Origin: Syntrophales bacterium
Lineage (GTDB): Bacteria; Desulfobacterota; Syntrophia; Syntrophales; UBA2210
Length of the DNA stretch: 64,000 nucleotides
Assembly (NCBI GenBank): GCA_963662405.2
Contig: CAXXKT010000001.1
Coordinates: 896,001 to 960,000, forward strand
Reading direction: 5' to 3'
This document shows positions 19,407 through 29,647 of the stretch, in pieces. The notes beneath the pieces are model-generated. The model worked only from the letters and a program-made list of their open reading frames with translations, was not told the DNA's origin and did not search any database. Numbering within the stretch: position 1 is the first letter of the stretch; every line of letters starts with the position of its first letter. A program made the translations under genes and the position numbers.

Positions 19407-20054
19407 ATGATGCTGACATTTGCCGAGGAATTGCTATTATTGGCTCTGGATGATGAAACGGGGAGCTTCCATATATCGTCGACCGCAAACTTTCGTCTTG
19501 CCCTGGCCGGGTCAATCCTCATGGAACTGGCGTTCATGGACAGAATCGACACCGATCTGAAAAAACTGGTGGTGGTAGATGGGACTTCCACCGGTACCCC
19601 CATCTTCGATAAGGCCCTTGCAATGCTCAAAGAGTCCCCCCACCCGCGATCCACGGCCCACTGGGTGGACACGATCAGCCAGGAATTCAGCGATCTCCGT
19701 GAACTCTTCATCGGCAGTCTGGTGAAAAAGGGCGTTCTGGAAAGGAGGGAGCAAAAGAAACTGGGGATATTCAAGAAGCAGAGATATTTCATCACCGAAT
19801 CCGGGGTCAAAACGGAGATCCGGGAAAGGGTCCGGCATCTTGTACTGAATGGCGATATCCCCGACCCCCGCGACATTGTCCTCATCACTCTGGTCAAGTC
19901 ATCCGATCTGATCGATCACATCTTCGCAAAGGAAGAAAGGGAAACGGCTGAGAAGCGCGTGTATCATCTCTCCCAGATGGACCTGATCGGACAGGCCGTC
20001 ACCAAGGCGATTATCAGGGATATCATTTCGCCCGGCGCGTACATGTCATATTAA
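19407..20054 (+). CDS. GPP34 / GOLPH3-Vps74 family protein
   Basis: LTFAEELLLLALDDETG, LAGSILMELA, LVKKGVL...KLGIF...RY, PDPRDIVLITLV. Confidence 0.85.
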   Translation: MMLTFAEELLLLALDDETGSFHISSTANFRLALAGSILMELAFMDRIDTDLKKLVVVDGTSTGTPIFDKALAMLKESPHPRSTAHWVDTISQEFSDLRELFIGSLVKKGVLERREQKKLGIFKKQRYFITESGVKTEIRERVRHLVLNGDIPDPRDIVLITLVKSSDLIDHIFAKEERETAEKRVYHLSQMDLIGQAVTKAIIRDIISPGAYMSY

Positions 20055-20215
20055 ACCAGATACACCGCCCGATTTAAGTAAAACCGGGCTCTCAACTCTT
20101 AACCATTCTGTGTCTTATGAATCGTCGAGGTATCCTTTCTTTCTTCTCGCCTCATCGGACGGACGGCTCGAATAGCGCGATCTCTGGAGCGGGTAGATTC
20201 TCCTGAACCCTGGAG

Positions 20216-20443
20216 TCAGGGGAAATCGATCAGAGGCTGTTCCGTTGCCTCCGGGGGGAGTCCGGCAGAGGGAACGGTGACCAGGATGTACTGGTATATC
20301 GGATCGGCGATCAGCGCCTTCCCCAGGGTATGTAGTACGGTCATTCCAACCTGCATGCTGGATGCTCCCCCCTTCCGTTCATATCGAAGCTCCATCGGCA
20401 CTTCGGCCATTGCTATATTAAAGTTAGGGAACAATATCGCCAA
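20216..20443 (-). pseudogene. Possible C-terminal remnant of a family-2 glycosyltransferase
   Basis: AEVPMELRYERKGGASSMQVG resembles the EVPxxxxxRxxGxSKM tail of polyprenol-phosphate mannose synthases; no N-terminal DXD domain. Confidence 0.35.
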
Positions 20444-20447
20444 GGGG

Positions 20448-23400
20448 TTACGTGCGGTCGCCTCTGGATCTTTCCCCGATATGGAGCAGATCCTCGAGGA
20501 TGAGATAGATGCTCGGGATAAGGAGCAGCGTGATGACCGTGGCGAAGAGCACCCCGAACCCGAGACTGACCGCCATGGGGATCAGAAATTTTGCCTGGAG
20601 GCTCTTCTCCAGGATGATGGGGGTCAACCCGGCGAAGGTGGTGAGGGAGGTGAGGATAATGGCCCTGAACCGCAGAACTCCCGCCTGTATGACCGCGTCC
20701 TGTGCCGTGGCGCCGTTGCGCCGCAGCGTGTTTGTCAGGTGGATCAGGACCAGCGAGTCATTGACGACGACCCCTGCCAGCCCGACGATCCCGAAGAGAC
20801 TGATAAAGGTAATGTCGAGCCCCATGATGAGATGTCCAACGACGGCCCCGACCATACCGAAGGGGATCGCCATCATCACCACAAACGGCTGGGAAAACGA
20901 CCGGAAGGGAACGGCCAGGAGGGCGTAGATGCAGAAGAGGGCAAAGACAAAACCCAGTTCGACATCGGCCAGTGATTCCTTCTGCTCCTTCCCCTCCCCC
21001 TCCATGGAATACCGGAGACCGGGATAGCGAGAGGCGAGGCGCGGGAGAAACTCCCGTTCGAGGGTTCGCCGCACGTCATTGGCGTTGCTGATCGTCTCAT
21101 CCACGTCGGCGTAGACCTTGATCACGCGCCGTCTCTGGGCATGTTCGATGGAAACGTACCCCTGCTCCATGGTCACATCGGCCAGCAGGGTGAGGGGTAC
21201 CGCGGATCCGTCGGCGGTCCGGATCCTCATCTCTTCGACGTTTCCGGGGGACGTGCGCTCCCGTTCAGGGTACCGTACCAGGACCTTGATCTCGTCCTGG
21301 TCCCGCTGCATACGCAGGGCTTCGGCGCCGTAAAAGGCATGCCGTACCTGCGTGGCGATATCGTTGAGGGTGAGCCCCAGGCTTCGGGCGGTCGGTTTCA
21401 GCGAGAGCTGCATCTCCTGTTTCCCCGGCAGGAAGCTGTCACTGATATCGTAAACGCCGGGATAGCTCTTCAGTTCGTTCTTCAGTTCCTCGGTCGCGGT
21501 CAGGAGCGTTGCCTGTTCGTCGATTGAAAGGTGCACTTCGATCGATTTCCCGGCACTCTGGAGGACACTCTTGAAGGTGATGGATTCGATCCCCGGGATC
21601 GTCCCCGCATTTTGGCGCCAGAGTGCCGCGAGCCGGGCCGTGCTCGTCTTCCGTTTCTCCCCTTCCAGCACCTGTATCCAGATATGGGCGAGGTGCCCTC
21701 CCGTATCGCCCAGACCGCCGCGTTCATCCATCTGCGCGCCGATCAGGGTAAAGCTGTGTTCGAAGAGGGGGTCCTGTCCGGGATGTTCCCGATCCGCGTC
21801 CGCAAGGGTGGTGCGGGCGGTCTCCACCAGATACCCGGCCACATCGGTGGTCTCTTCCGGAAGGGTGCCCGTGGGGAGGGAAAAGAGGCACTCCAGCATG
21901 TCCCCTTCAACCTTCGGGAAAAACACGAATTCGACAATACCCCCCCGGACAATCCCGATGGTGACGAAGAGCAGGGCAATGCCCAGGGCAACCGTGGCAT
22001 ACCGCCACCTCGTACAAAAGATGACCGCCCTCCGGTATGGACCGTTGATGAACGCCTTCAGACGGCGCGCCATCCACTTCTGTTCCAGCTTTTCGGCATC
22101 CCGGCTGCGCTTCTCGCCATGCCCGATCCCCGCAAGATGGGACGGCAGGACGAGGAGCGACTCAACCAGCGACCCGAAGAGGACGACCATGATCACGATC
22201 GGTACGCCGCGCATCATCTTTCCCATCATCCCGGTTGCGATCAGGAGGGGCGCGAAGGCCGCCATCGTGGTAAGAACGGAGAAGATGACCGGATGGCCGA
22301 CCTCGAAGGCGCCGGTGGTTGCCGCCTCCAGAGGGAGGAGCCCTTCCTCCTGTTTCCGGAATATGTTCTCCCCGACGATAATGGCATCGTCGACCACGAT
22401 CCCCAGGACCATGATGAAGGCGAAGAGGGATATCATGTTGATGGTCACATCCAGTGTGGGGAGCGCGGCAAGACCGGCGAGGAACGATATGGGGATCCCG
22501 AGGGTCACCCAGAACGAGAGCCTGAGGGTGAGGAAGGTCCCGAGTATCAGGATCACCAGGACAAGACCGATTGCCATGTTCCTGAGCAGGAGCTGGAGAC
22601 GGCTGTGCAGGATCTTGGACATGTCGGCAAAGGTGGCGATCCCCACTCCGGCGGGGAGGGTGGGCTCGATATCGCCAATGAATCGCTTGACCTTCTGGGC
22701 GACGTCGAGGGCGTTCTGATCCGCCACACGGAACACCTGGATCATGGCCGATGGTTTCCCCTGGAATCGGGCAAAGATATCGACATCCTCAAAACCGTCG
22801 GAAAGGATCGCAATCTGATCGAGGGTCACGACGCTGCCGTCGGCACGGGTAATGACGGCGATATCGGCGAATTCATCGGCGTAGTATCGTTTTCCCGTGG
22901 TCCGGATCAGGACCTCGCCCCCCTTCGCCTTGACACTCCCCGCCGGAAGGTCGAGACTGGTCCGTCTCACCAAGTCGGCGACCTGTCCGAGTGTCAGGCC
23001 GTACCGGCGCAGTGTCTCTTCGGAGATCTCGATATGGACCTCCGCGTCAAGCACCCCCACGACCTCGGCCGAGGTGACACCGGGGAGGTTGGTGATGTCA
23101 TCCTTGATCTTCTCAGCGAGAAATTTGAGCGTCGTATCCGGGACATCTCCGTAGAGGACGACATGGATTACCTCAATCCGCTGGACGATCTCCCGAATGA
23201 TCGGTTCTTCCGCTTCATCGGGGAAGGTAACGATGCGATCCACCTCCGCCTTGACCTCATCGAGGAGTTCCTGCACGTCCCACCCCTTGATGACCTCGAC
23301 GATCACGACACTGACCCCTTCATAGGACGTGGAGTCGATCCGCTTGATCCCGGACAGACCGGCCACCTGTTCCTCGATCCGGCGGGTAACGGCCTCTTCC

Positions 23401-23579
23401 ACCTCTGAAGGGGAGGCACCCGGATATTCGGTGGTGATGGATATCTTATCGAGAGATGTCTCGGGAAACACCTCGATCTTGATGGAAAAAAGTGTGAAGA
23501 TCCCGGCCAGAACCAGGAACATCATAAGCAGGTTTGCCGCAACGTAGTTTTCGGCAAACCAGGCGATGGCTTTCCTCAT
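20448..23579 (-). CDS. RND efflux transporter permease (AcrB superfamily)
   Basis: 1043 aa; GIVVDDAIIVGENI, GVVVNDSLVL, RFRAIILTSLTT; two large periplasmic loops. Confidence 0.95.
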   Translation of the reverse strand: MRKAIAWFAENYVAANLLMMFLVLAGIFTLFSIKIEVFPETSLDKISITTEYPGASPSEVEEAVTRRIEEQVAGLSGIKRIDSTSYEGVSVVIVEVIKGWDVQELLDEVKAEVDRIVTFPDEAEEPIIREIVQRIEVIHVVLYGDVPDTTLKFLAEKIKDDITNLPGVTSAEVVGVLDAEVHIEISEETLRRYGLTLGQVADLVRRTSLDLPAGSVKAKGGEVLIRTTGKRYYADEFADIAVITRADGSVVTLDQIAILSDGFEDVDIFARFQGKPSAMIQVFRVADQNALDVAQKVKRFIGDIEPTLPAGVGIATFADMSKILHSRLQLLLRNMAIGLVLVILILGTFLTLRLSFWVTLGIPISFLAGLAALPTLDVTINMISLFAFIMVLGIVVDDAIIVGENIFRKQEEGLLPLEAATTGAFEVGHPVIFSVLTTMAAFAPLLIATGMMGKMMRGVPIVIMVVLFGSLVESLLVLPSHLAGIGHGEKRSRDAEKLEQKWMARRLKAFINGPYRRAVIFCTRWRYATVALGIALLFVTIGIVRGGIVEFVFFPKVEGDMLECLFSLPTGTLPEETTDVAGYLVETARTTLADADREHPGQDPLFEHSFTLIGAQMDERGGLGDTGGHLAHIWIQVLEGEKRKTSTARLAALWRQNAGTIPGIESITFKSVLQSAGKSIEVHLSIDEQATLLTATEELKNELKSYPGVYDISDSFLPGKQEMQLSLKPTARSLGLTLNDIATQVRHAFYGAEALRMQRDQDEIKVLVRYPERERTSPGNVEEMRIRTADGSAVPLTLLADVTMEQGYVSIEHAQRRRVIKVYADVDETISNANDVRRTLEREFLPRLASRYPGLRYSMEGEGKEQKESLADVELGFVFALFCIYALLAVPFRSFSQPFVVMMAIPFGMVGAVVGHLIMGLDITFISLFGIVGLAGVVVNDSLVLIHLTNTLRRNGATAQDAVIQAGVLRFRAIILTSLTTFAGLTPIILEKSLQAKFLIPMAVSLGFGVLFATVITLLLIPSIYLILEDLLHIGERSRGDRT

Positions 23580-24811
23580 TTTCCGCCGCCCTCCATTGCC
23601 GCACGAACGGTCATCCCGTCCGCCGGCGCCCTGAGGGACGAAAAGACGACCTTCTCGCCATTTTCAAGTCCGGCCTCGATAACGATCTCTTCCCCCTGAT
23701 ACCGCGCGACGGTGACCGGCCGAAAATGGAGGATCCCCTCTTCATCAACGACCCAGACGATGTCCCCCTGACGGAGGGCCGCCCGGGGAATCACGGCGGC
23801 GGCGGGCAGGGTCCGTCCCGTGATATCGACCGTGACGAAGAGGCCGACCGCGAGGGGAGGCCTGGTGGCGTACGGTCTGTCAACCCTGACAACAACCGTC
23901 ACCATCCGTGTTTTCTCATCCACCGTTCCCGCCGCACGGACCACCGCGCCCGCGAAGGTCAGGGGATGTCCGGCGATTTCGGCATGGACGACGGCCGCTG
24001 ACCCGGGCGCGCCTCCCGGGGAAAAGCCGGGAACGTCGAACCAGAAAAGGTCTTTGTCCTCCAGAGGCAGGGCTATCTCCACCGTCTCCGTGGAAAAGAG
24101 CGTCGCCAGGGTCTGTCCCGGTGTCACATACTGCCCCGCGTCGACATGCTTTTTGCTGACCCGGCCGTCGAAGGGGGCCTTCAGGACCGTCCGCTCTCGG
24201 TTCAGGAGAGCCCGTTTCAGTTCGGCCCGGCCGGCATCAAGCCGCGCCCGTGCCGCTTCCAATTGCGGTTTCTTGGCCACCAGCGGGGGTGGCTCTTCAA
24301 CGGCGCGAGACGCATCCGAGAAATGACTCCGCCACTCCTCCCGTGCCACCAACGCCTCCTCCCGGACCAGTGTCAGGTTGCTTTCCGCATCCTCCACCTG
24401 GGCCCGTGTCAGGGTTACGGCCAGATCATAGTCGACGGGATCGATCACGAGGAGTTCCTGTCCCGTGGTAAAGGCACCGCCATCGACCAGCGCGGCGGAG
24501 GTATGAATAATCTTCCCGCTGACCTGCGGAACGAGGCTGATCTCCTTTTGGGGTCTCACCGTTCCTTCACCCCTGATCGTGATGATCCGCGGCTCGCGTG
24601 AGATCTCCATGACACGAACCATGGGGGCCGGCGTCGTGGTCTCGACCTTCTCGATACGAGATTTGCCTGCCGTGAGCGCCCCCATGACGATAACCCCCGT
24701 CACGACAAGTATGATACTGAGGACAATATGAAGAAGGCGTTTTCCTTTCCGGTCCATATTCACTCCGCTGGTCGACTGGATATGGTCTGTCGATCGTCCG
24801 TTTTCTTTCAT
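23576..24811 (-). CDS. RND periplasmic adaptor (membrane fusion protein)
   Basis: N-terminal TM, PQVSGKII, LKAPFDGRV, VIPRAAL; ATGA overlaps at both ends; alternative start 24757. Confidence 0.92.
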   Translation of the reverse strand: MKENGRSTDHIQSTSGVNMDRKGKRLLHIVLSIILVVTGVIVMGALTAGKSRIEKVETTTPAPMVRVMEISREPRIITIRGEGTVRPQKEISLVPQVSGKIIHTSAALVDGGAFTTGQELLVIDPVDYDLAVTLTRAQVEDAESNLTLVREEALVAREEWRSHFSDASRAVEEPPPLVAKKPQLEAARARLDAGRAELKRALLNRERTVLKAPFDGRVSKKHVDAGQYVTPGQTLATLFSTETVEIALPLEDKDLFWFDVPGFSPGGAPGSAAVVHAEIAGHPLTFAGAVVRAAGTVDEKTRMVTVVVRVDRPYATRPPLAVGLFVTVDITGRTLPAAAVIPRAALRQGDIVWVVDEEGILHFRPVTVARYQGEEIVIEAGLENGEKVVFSSLRAPADGMTVRAAMEGGGK

Positions 24812-26265
24812 TCTGTATTCCCCGTCTCGGGTCTCCCCGGGTTGCCCCATCCCCCCCCTAGTGCGCGGTGGAGGGAGACCCGGTTGGTGAGGATGGCCAG
24901 TTCCACCTGGACGATGGTGTCTTCCGCCTGAAAGCGGGCCTGCTGGGCGTCAAGCACGGCAAGGTAGTCGACCAGTCCCCGTTCATAGCGACTCTCCGCC
25001 ACCCGTTGCGTCTCCCGCGCCTCGGTGAGAAACGTCATCATCCGATCCCGTTGTTCCATCAGCTCCTTTCGCGCCAGGAGGGCACTCTCGACTTCGGAAA
25101 AAGCGTTCAGGACGACCTTGGTATACTCGGCCATCCCCTGCCGGAACTGCGCCTCGGTGGCACGCTGGGCGGCTTTGAGTTTTCCCGCATTGAAGAGGGG
25201 ATGCAGTATCCCGAAGGAGATATTCCACACCTTGCTCCCCGGCGTAACGAGATCATCGAGTTCACTGCTCGAATAGCCGAAACTTCCCGTCAGTGTTATT
25301 GCAGGGAACCGGCTCGCCTGGGCGACGCCGATCTTGGCGTTCAGCGCCCGCAGTTGTGCCTCTGCCGCCCTGATGTCGGGGCGACGCAGGAGGAGTTGAG
25401 AGGGCAGGCCGGGTGGGACGGGGGCGGGGAGCGAAAAATAGTCATCCGGTTGCTCCCGTGGCGGTCTCGTCTCCGGATATCGCCCCGAAAGGACACCCAA
25501 CTGCTGCTGGTTAACACCGAGTTCCTGCCGGAGCGGGGGGAGAGACGCCTCCGCCTGGGCCAGGGCGCGCCGCGCCTGTCTCAGGTCGAGGATGGAGACC
25601 AGACCTCCTTCATAGCGTCGCTCTATCACCGAGAGGTTTCGACGGTAGCTCTCTATGCTCATCCGGGCGATCTGAATCCTCCGCTCCAACGATTCAATCC
25701 GGAAATAGATCCCGATGGCCTCTGCAATAATACCCTGGGTAATGGTTCGGGCATTTTCTTCCGTCTGCAGGAGGGTTGCCAGGGCGGCCTCTTCGGCCCG
25801 GGCCAGCCGTCCCCAGAGGTCGATCTCGAATGACGCCGGGAGGGAAAGGACATAGGAGTTCGCTATGACGGATTCGGGCAGGGGAAAGGGGTATGTACCC
25901 GCATCGGCCCCGGTCAGGGTGCGACTTCGCCCTGCTGATCCCTGAAGAGAGATTCTGGGATATCGATCCGCCCGGGACTGCACAAAATAGGAACGGATCT
26001 CCGAGATCGCAGCCAGGGCCTTCGCGATCTCCGGATTCCCCGCTCTGATCCCTTCCACCAACTGACGCAATGCGGGATCGTTGAATGCCGTCCACCATCG
26101 GTCGGTATCTTCGTGTGCCCCGGTTTCCGTCAAGATATGCTGATAGGTGTCCCGGGTCCGGGACGCCATGTCGGGCTCCTGAAAGTCGGGACCCATCTTT
26201 ACGCATCCCGCGAGCACCAGTGCGGAAAAGAAAATCGCGAACGGAGAAAAACGCAGGCCTTTCAC
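24808..26265 (-). CDS. Outer-membrane efflux lipoprotein (NodT/OprM family)
   Basis: Lipobox LAGC, FEIDLWGRL, LPSQLLLRRPDIRAAE, LHRALGGGW. Confidence 0.94.
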   Translation of the reverse strand: MKGLRFSPFAIFFSALVLAGCVKMGPDFQEPDMASRTRDTYQHILTETGAHEDTDRWWTAFNDPALRQLVEGIRAGNPEIAKALAAISEIRSYFVQSRADRYPRISLQGSAGRSRTLTGADAGTYPFPLPESVIANSYVLSLPASFEIDLWGRLARAEEAALATLLQTEENARTITQGIIAEAIGIYFRIESLERRIQIARMSIESYRRNLSVIERRYEGGLVSILDLRQARRALAQAEASLPPLRQELGVNQQQLGVLSGRYPETRPPREQPDDYFSLPAPVPPGLPSQLLLRRPDIRAAEAQLRALNAKIGVAQASRFPAITLTGSFGYSSSELDDLVTPGSKVWNISFGILHPLFNAGKLKAAQRATEAQFRQGMAEYTKVVLNAFSEVESALLARKELMEQRDRMMTFLTEARETQRVAESRYERGLVDYLAVLDAQQARFQAEDTIVQVELAILTNRVSLHRALGGGWGNPGRPETGNTE

Positions 26266-26520
26266 TGTTCAACCTCCTTCAACGGCAGGCCGGAGATGCA
26301 GAAAGTGACGATTTGAAATGGATAACCACCGTTCACGAAACACCTGCAGATAGAGGGATTGTTTGGTGCCGAAATGATAATTAACGGCGGCGATATTACA
26401 ATCAGCGGCGGTCGTAATCTCACGGACGCTCACCGCATCATACCCTTTTTGGGCGAACAGCTTCTCGGCGATCTTCAGCAGATGATCACGGGTTGTGCTG
26501 TCTTTACTCTTCGGCATCAT
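26262..26520 (-). pseudogene. TetR/CecR-type repressor with an internal frameshifting deletion
   Basis: Intact HTH (AEKLFAQKGYDAVSVREI...NIAAVNYHFGTKQSLY); after about 26315 another frame reads QIVTFCISGLPLKEVEQ* and overlaps the next start as GTGA. Confidence 0.8.
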
Positions 26521-26549
26521 ACGATGTCGCCCCCATAAAAACATCTGTA

Positions 26550-26572
26550 TCAAACAAACGTTTGAACGTCAA
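26550..26572 (-). promoter_or_regulatory. Putative TetR operator next to a -35 box
   Basis: Palindrome TCAAAC-N4-GTTTGA at 26550-26565, directly downstream of TTGACG (minus strand, 26572-26567). Confidence 0.65.
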
Positions 26573-26596
26573 CATGCTTCACTGAGGATATGCGCA

Positions 26597-26624
26597 CCCG
26601 GCTGTTCCCTCAGGAACAGCCGGG
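26597..26624. terminator. Perfect 12-bp hairpin downstream of the acyl-CoA ligase beta gene
   Basis: cccggctgttcc-ctca-ggaacagccggg; no clear U-tract. Confidence 0.5.
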
Positions 26625-26672
26625 CGATATGCGGAGAGTGGATAGACCTACCTATGTGTCACAGTGAATTCA

Positions 26673-27347
26673 TTACGAATTATTCAATACCACCAAGGCG
26701 TCCACGGCGATGGGCTGGTCCCCGGAGATGATAACGGGGTTGATGTCTATCTCAGCGATCTCGTCGTGTTCATTCCCGAGGTTGCCGATGCCGACCAGCG
26801 CCTTGACGAGGGCCTCCCGGTCAACGGCGGGACTCCCGCGGAATTCATCAAGGAGCTTCTTGGTCTTGATCTCTTCGATCATCTCCCGGGCGTCGATCTC
26901 CGTAATGGGGGCCACCCTGAAACTGACATCATTCAAGACTTCCGTGAATATACCGCCCAGACCGAACATGACGCAGGGGCCGAATTGGGGATCACGGGTG
27001 AGACCGATGACAAATTCGCGCTGTCCCTTGACCATCTCCTGCACCAGGACACCATCGAGTTCCAGACCGGTGGCCATGATCTCGTCATATGCCCGTGCCA
27101 CATCATCGCTGCCGCTCAGTCCCAGCTTGACCATCCCCATCTCCGTCTTGTGGGTTAACGTACTGGAACACCCCTTCAGGACAACGGGAAACCCGATCTC
27201 TTCGGCCAGCCTGACGGCCTCGTCTCGGGATGTTGCAAGCCCTTCCTTCGTAATCGTTACCCCGGCCGATGCAACAACACGTTTCGAATCATACTCGGAA
27301 AGGGCCTTCTGTTTGTTTTCAATTGCCTTCTGCAGTATTTCTTTCAT
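26673..27347 (-). CDS. ADP-forming acyl-CoA synthetase beta subunit (ATP-grasp)
   Basis: LSEYDSK, GFPVVLK, HKTE, VLVQEMV, DPQFGP, EIDINP, AVDALV. Confidence 0.9.
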   Translation of the reverse strand: MKEILQKAIENKQKALSEYDSKRVVASAGVTITKEGLATSRDEAVRLAEEIGFPVVLKGCSSTLTHKTEMGMVKLGLSGSDDVARAYDEIMATGLELDGVLVQEMVKGQREFVIGLTRDPQFGPCVMFGLGGIFTEVLNDVSFRVAPITEIDAREMIEEIKTKKLLDEFRGSPAVDREALVKALVGIGNLGNEHDEIAEIDINPVIISGDQPIAVDALVVLNNS

Positions 27348-27415
27348 TATGTCCTCTCTCCCTTTTACACGTCGGTGGCACTACCCGGCGCCACGTCATC
27401 GTGTTTGATGGTATC

Positions 27416-29311
27416 TTATTTTCCCAGGCCTAATTCTTTCGCCGCCTCTTCAATCCCGCCCAGAACCGTTTCATCTTCGATCGTGGAGGGAACCACGTAC
27501 TCTTCCCCATTGGCTATCTTGCGCATGGTCGCCCGCAGGATCTTCCCCGAACGGGTCTTGGGGAGGGCCGTGACGATGGCGCACTGCTTGAAACAGGCAA
27601 CGGCCCCGATATCCGCCCGCACCATCTGCACCAGTTCCTTGACGATCTCCGCCGGATCGCGGTCAACCCCCGCCTTCAGGACGGCGAACCCGACGGGCAC
27701 CTGACCCTTGAGCTGCTCGTTCGCCCCGAGGACGGCGCATTCCGCCACATCCTGGTGCTTCGCCACCACTTCTTCCATGGCGCCGGTGGAGAGTCGGTGT
27801 CCCGCGACATTGATCACGTCATCGATCCGTCCCATGATGAAGAGATAGCCATCTTCATCAACATGCCCCCCGTCTCCGGTCACATAGAATCCCGGAAGCT
27901 CGTTCATATACTCAAGAAATCGTTTGTCGTCGTTCCACAGCGTCGGGAGACACCCAGGGGGAAGGGGAAGTTTGATGGCGATGATGCCGTCCTCACCGGC
28001 GGGGAGTTCGTTCCCCTCGGAATCCACGATCTGGACGTTGTAGCCGGGGACGGCCTTCGTGGGCGATCCCGCCTTGACGGGAAAGGGTTCGATCCCCATG
28101 CAGTTGGCGGCGATGCCCCATCCCGTTTCCGTCTGCCACCAGTGGTCGATAACCGGTATCTTCAGGATAGCAACGGCCCAGTGGTAGGTGTCCGGATCGA
28201 GACGTTCACCGGCCAGAAAGAGATAACGCAGAGGGCCGATATCGTAATTCTTCAGGTACGTAGCGTCCGGATCTTCCTTCTTGATGGCGCGAAAGGCCGT
28301 GGGGGCCGTAAAGAGGACAGAGACGCCGTGCTCAGAGATAACCCGCCAGAATGCCCCGGGATCAGGGGTTCCGACCGGCTTCCCTTCGTAAACGATGGTC
28401 GTACAGCCCGCCAGAAGGGGGGCGTAGACGATGTACGAATGGCCGACCACCCACCCCACATCGGATGCCGCCCAGAAGACCTCACCGGGCTGGATACCGT
28501 ACAGATATCGCATCGACCATTTCAGGGCAACGGCATGGCCGCCGTTGTCGCGCACAACTCCCTTCGGCCTGCCGGTCGTCCCGGAGGTGTAGAGGATATA
28601 CAGGGGATCGGTCGCCTTCACCGCGACGCAATCCGCCGGCTCTGTTGTCCTCATCAGGGTTTCCCAGTCAAAATCCCGTCCCTGTACAAGAGACGCCTCG
28701 ACCTGGGGACGTTGGTATATGACACATTTTTCCGGCTTGTGAGCGGATATCTCAATGGCCTCATCCAGGAGCGGTTTGTAGGGAATAACCTTCTTTCCCT
28801 CAACCCCGCAGGAGGCGGAGACGACCACCTTCGGCTTCGCGTCTTCGATACGGATCGCCAGTTCGTTGGGCGCGAAACCGCCGAAGACCACGGAATGGAC
28901 GGCGCCGATTCGCGCGCAAGCGAGCATGGCAACCGGGGCCTCCGGGATCATCGGCATATAGATGACAACCGTGTCGCCCTTGGAAACCCCCAGGTTTCTA
29001 AGGGCACCTGCAAATTTTGAGACTTTCTCGAGCAACTCGGCGTAGGTTATTTTCCTTACGGTACCAGTGACCGGACTGTCATAGATGATGGCCGTCTGAT
29101 CACCCCGGCCGGTCTCCACGTGATAATCCACCGCGTTGTAGCAGGTGTTCAGCTCCCCTCCGACAAACCACCGATAAAAGGGTTTGTTCGTGTCGTCCAG
29201 GACCGCGTCCCACTTCTTCCCCCACTGCAGCGCCTCGGCAGCCTCCCCCCAGAAAGTCGCGGGGTGGTTGATGGAGCGCTCATATATCTCAGGATATGCA
29301 GCTACCATCAA
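27416..29311 (-). CDS. prpE: Propionate--CoA ligase
   Basis: WFVGGELNTCYNAVD, YTSGTTGRPKGVVRDNGG, DHWWQTETG, LPKTRSGKILR. Confidence 0.9.
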   Translation of the reverse strand: MMVAAYPEIYERSINHPATFWGEAAEALQWGKKWDAVLDDTNKPFYRWFVGGELNTCYNAVDYHVETGRGDQTAIIYDSPVTGTVRKITYAELLEKVSKFAGALRNLGVSKGDTVVIYMPMIPEAPVAMLACARIGAVHSVVFGGFAPNELAIRIEDAKPKVVVSASCGVEGKKVIPYKPLLDEAIEISAHKPEKCVIYQRPQVEASLVQGRDFDWETLMRTTEPADCVAVKATDPLYILYTSGTTGRPKGVVRDNGGHAVALKWSMRYLYGIQPGEVFWAASDVGWVVGHSYIVYAPLLAGCTTIVYEGKPVGTPDPGAFWRVISEHGVSVLFTAPTAFRAIKKEDPDATYLKNYDIGPLRYLFLAGERLDPDTYHWAVAILKIPVIDHWWQTETGWGIAANCMGIEPFPVKAGSPTKAVPGYNVQIVDSEGNELPAGEDGIIAIKLPLPPGCLPTLWNDDKRFLEYMNELPGFYVTGDGGHVDEDGYLFIMGRIDDVINVAGHRLSTGAMEEVVAKHQDVAECAVLGANEQLKGQVPVGFAVLKAGVDRDPAEIVKELVQMVRADIGAVACFKQCAIVTALPKTRSGKILRATMRKIANGEEYVVPSTIEDETVLGGIEEAAKELGLGK

Positions 29312-29647
29312 ATTGCTTCCTCCTTATTACAACGCCTTTCCCCCGAGTTGTAATCAATATCCGTGTATGATCTCAAGTTAATCTGCCGCGTGGTCGACAG
29401 CCTCCGGCTCCCCCCGAATACCGGTTGATATGCATGGCACCTTGGCCGGGGTACAGGCAAGAGAAACGACCAACCCGGACCAGGTCATCTTCGCATTGCA
29501 ACCCCGCCGTCTCGATTTTATATCGTGCTTCCCACCCTTATTCAAGAAGTTTTCCGTCTTTGCAGCTGTGGCAATGATTCGTTCCGGCACGCCGAGGAAC
29601 ACGGGGCGCTCACACTTTTTCAAATGGAGAAGCGCTGTTGTTACCGT

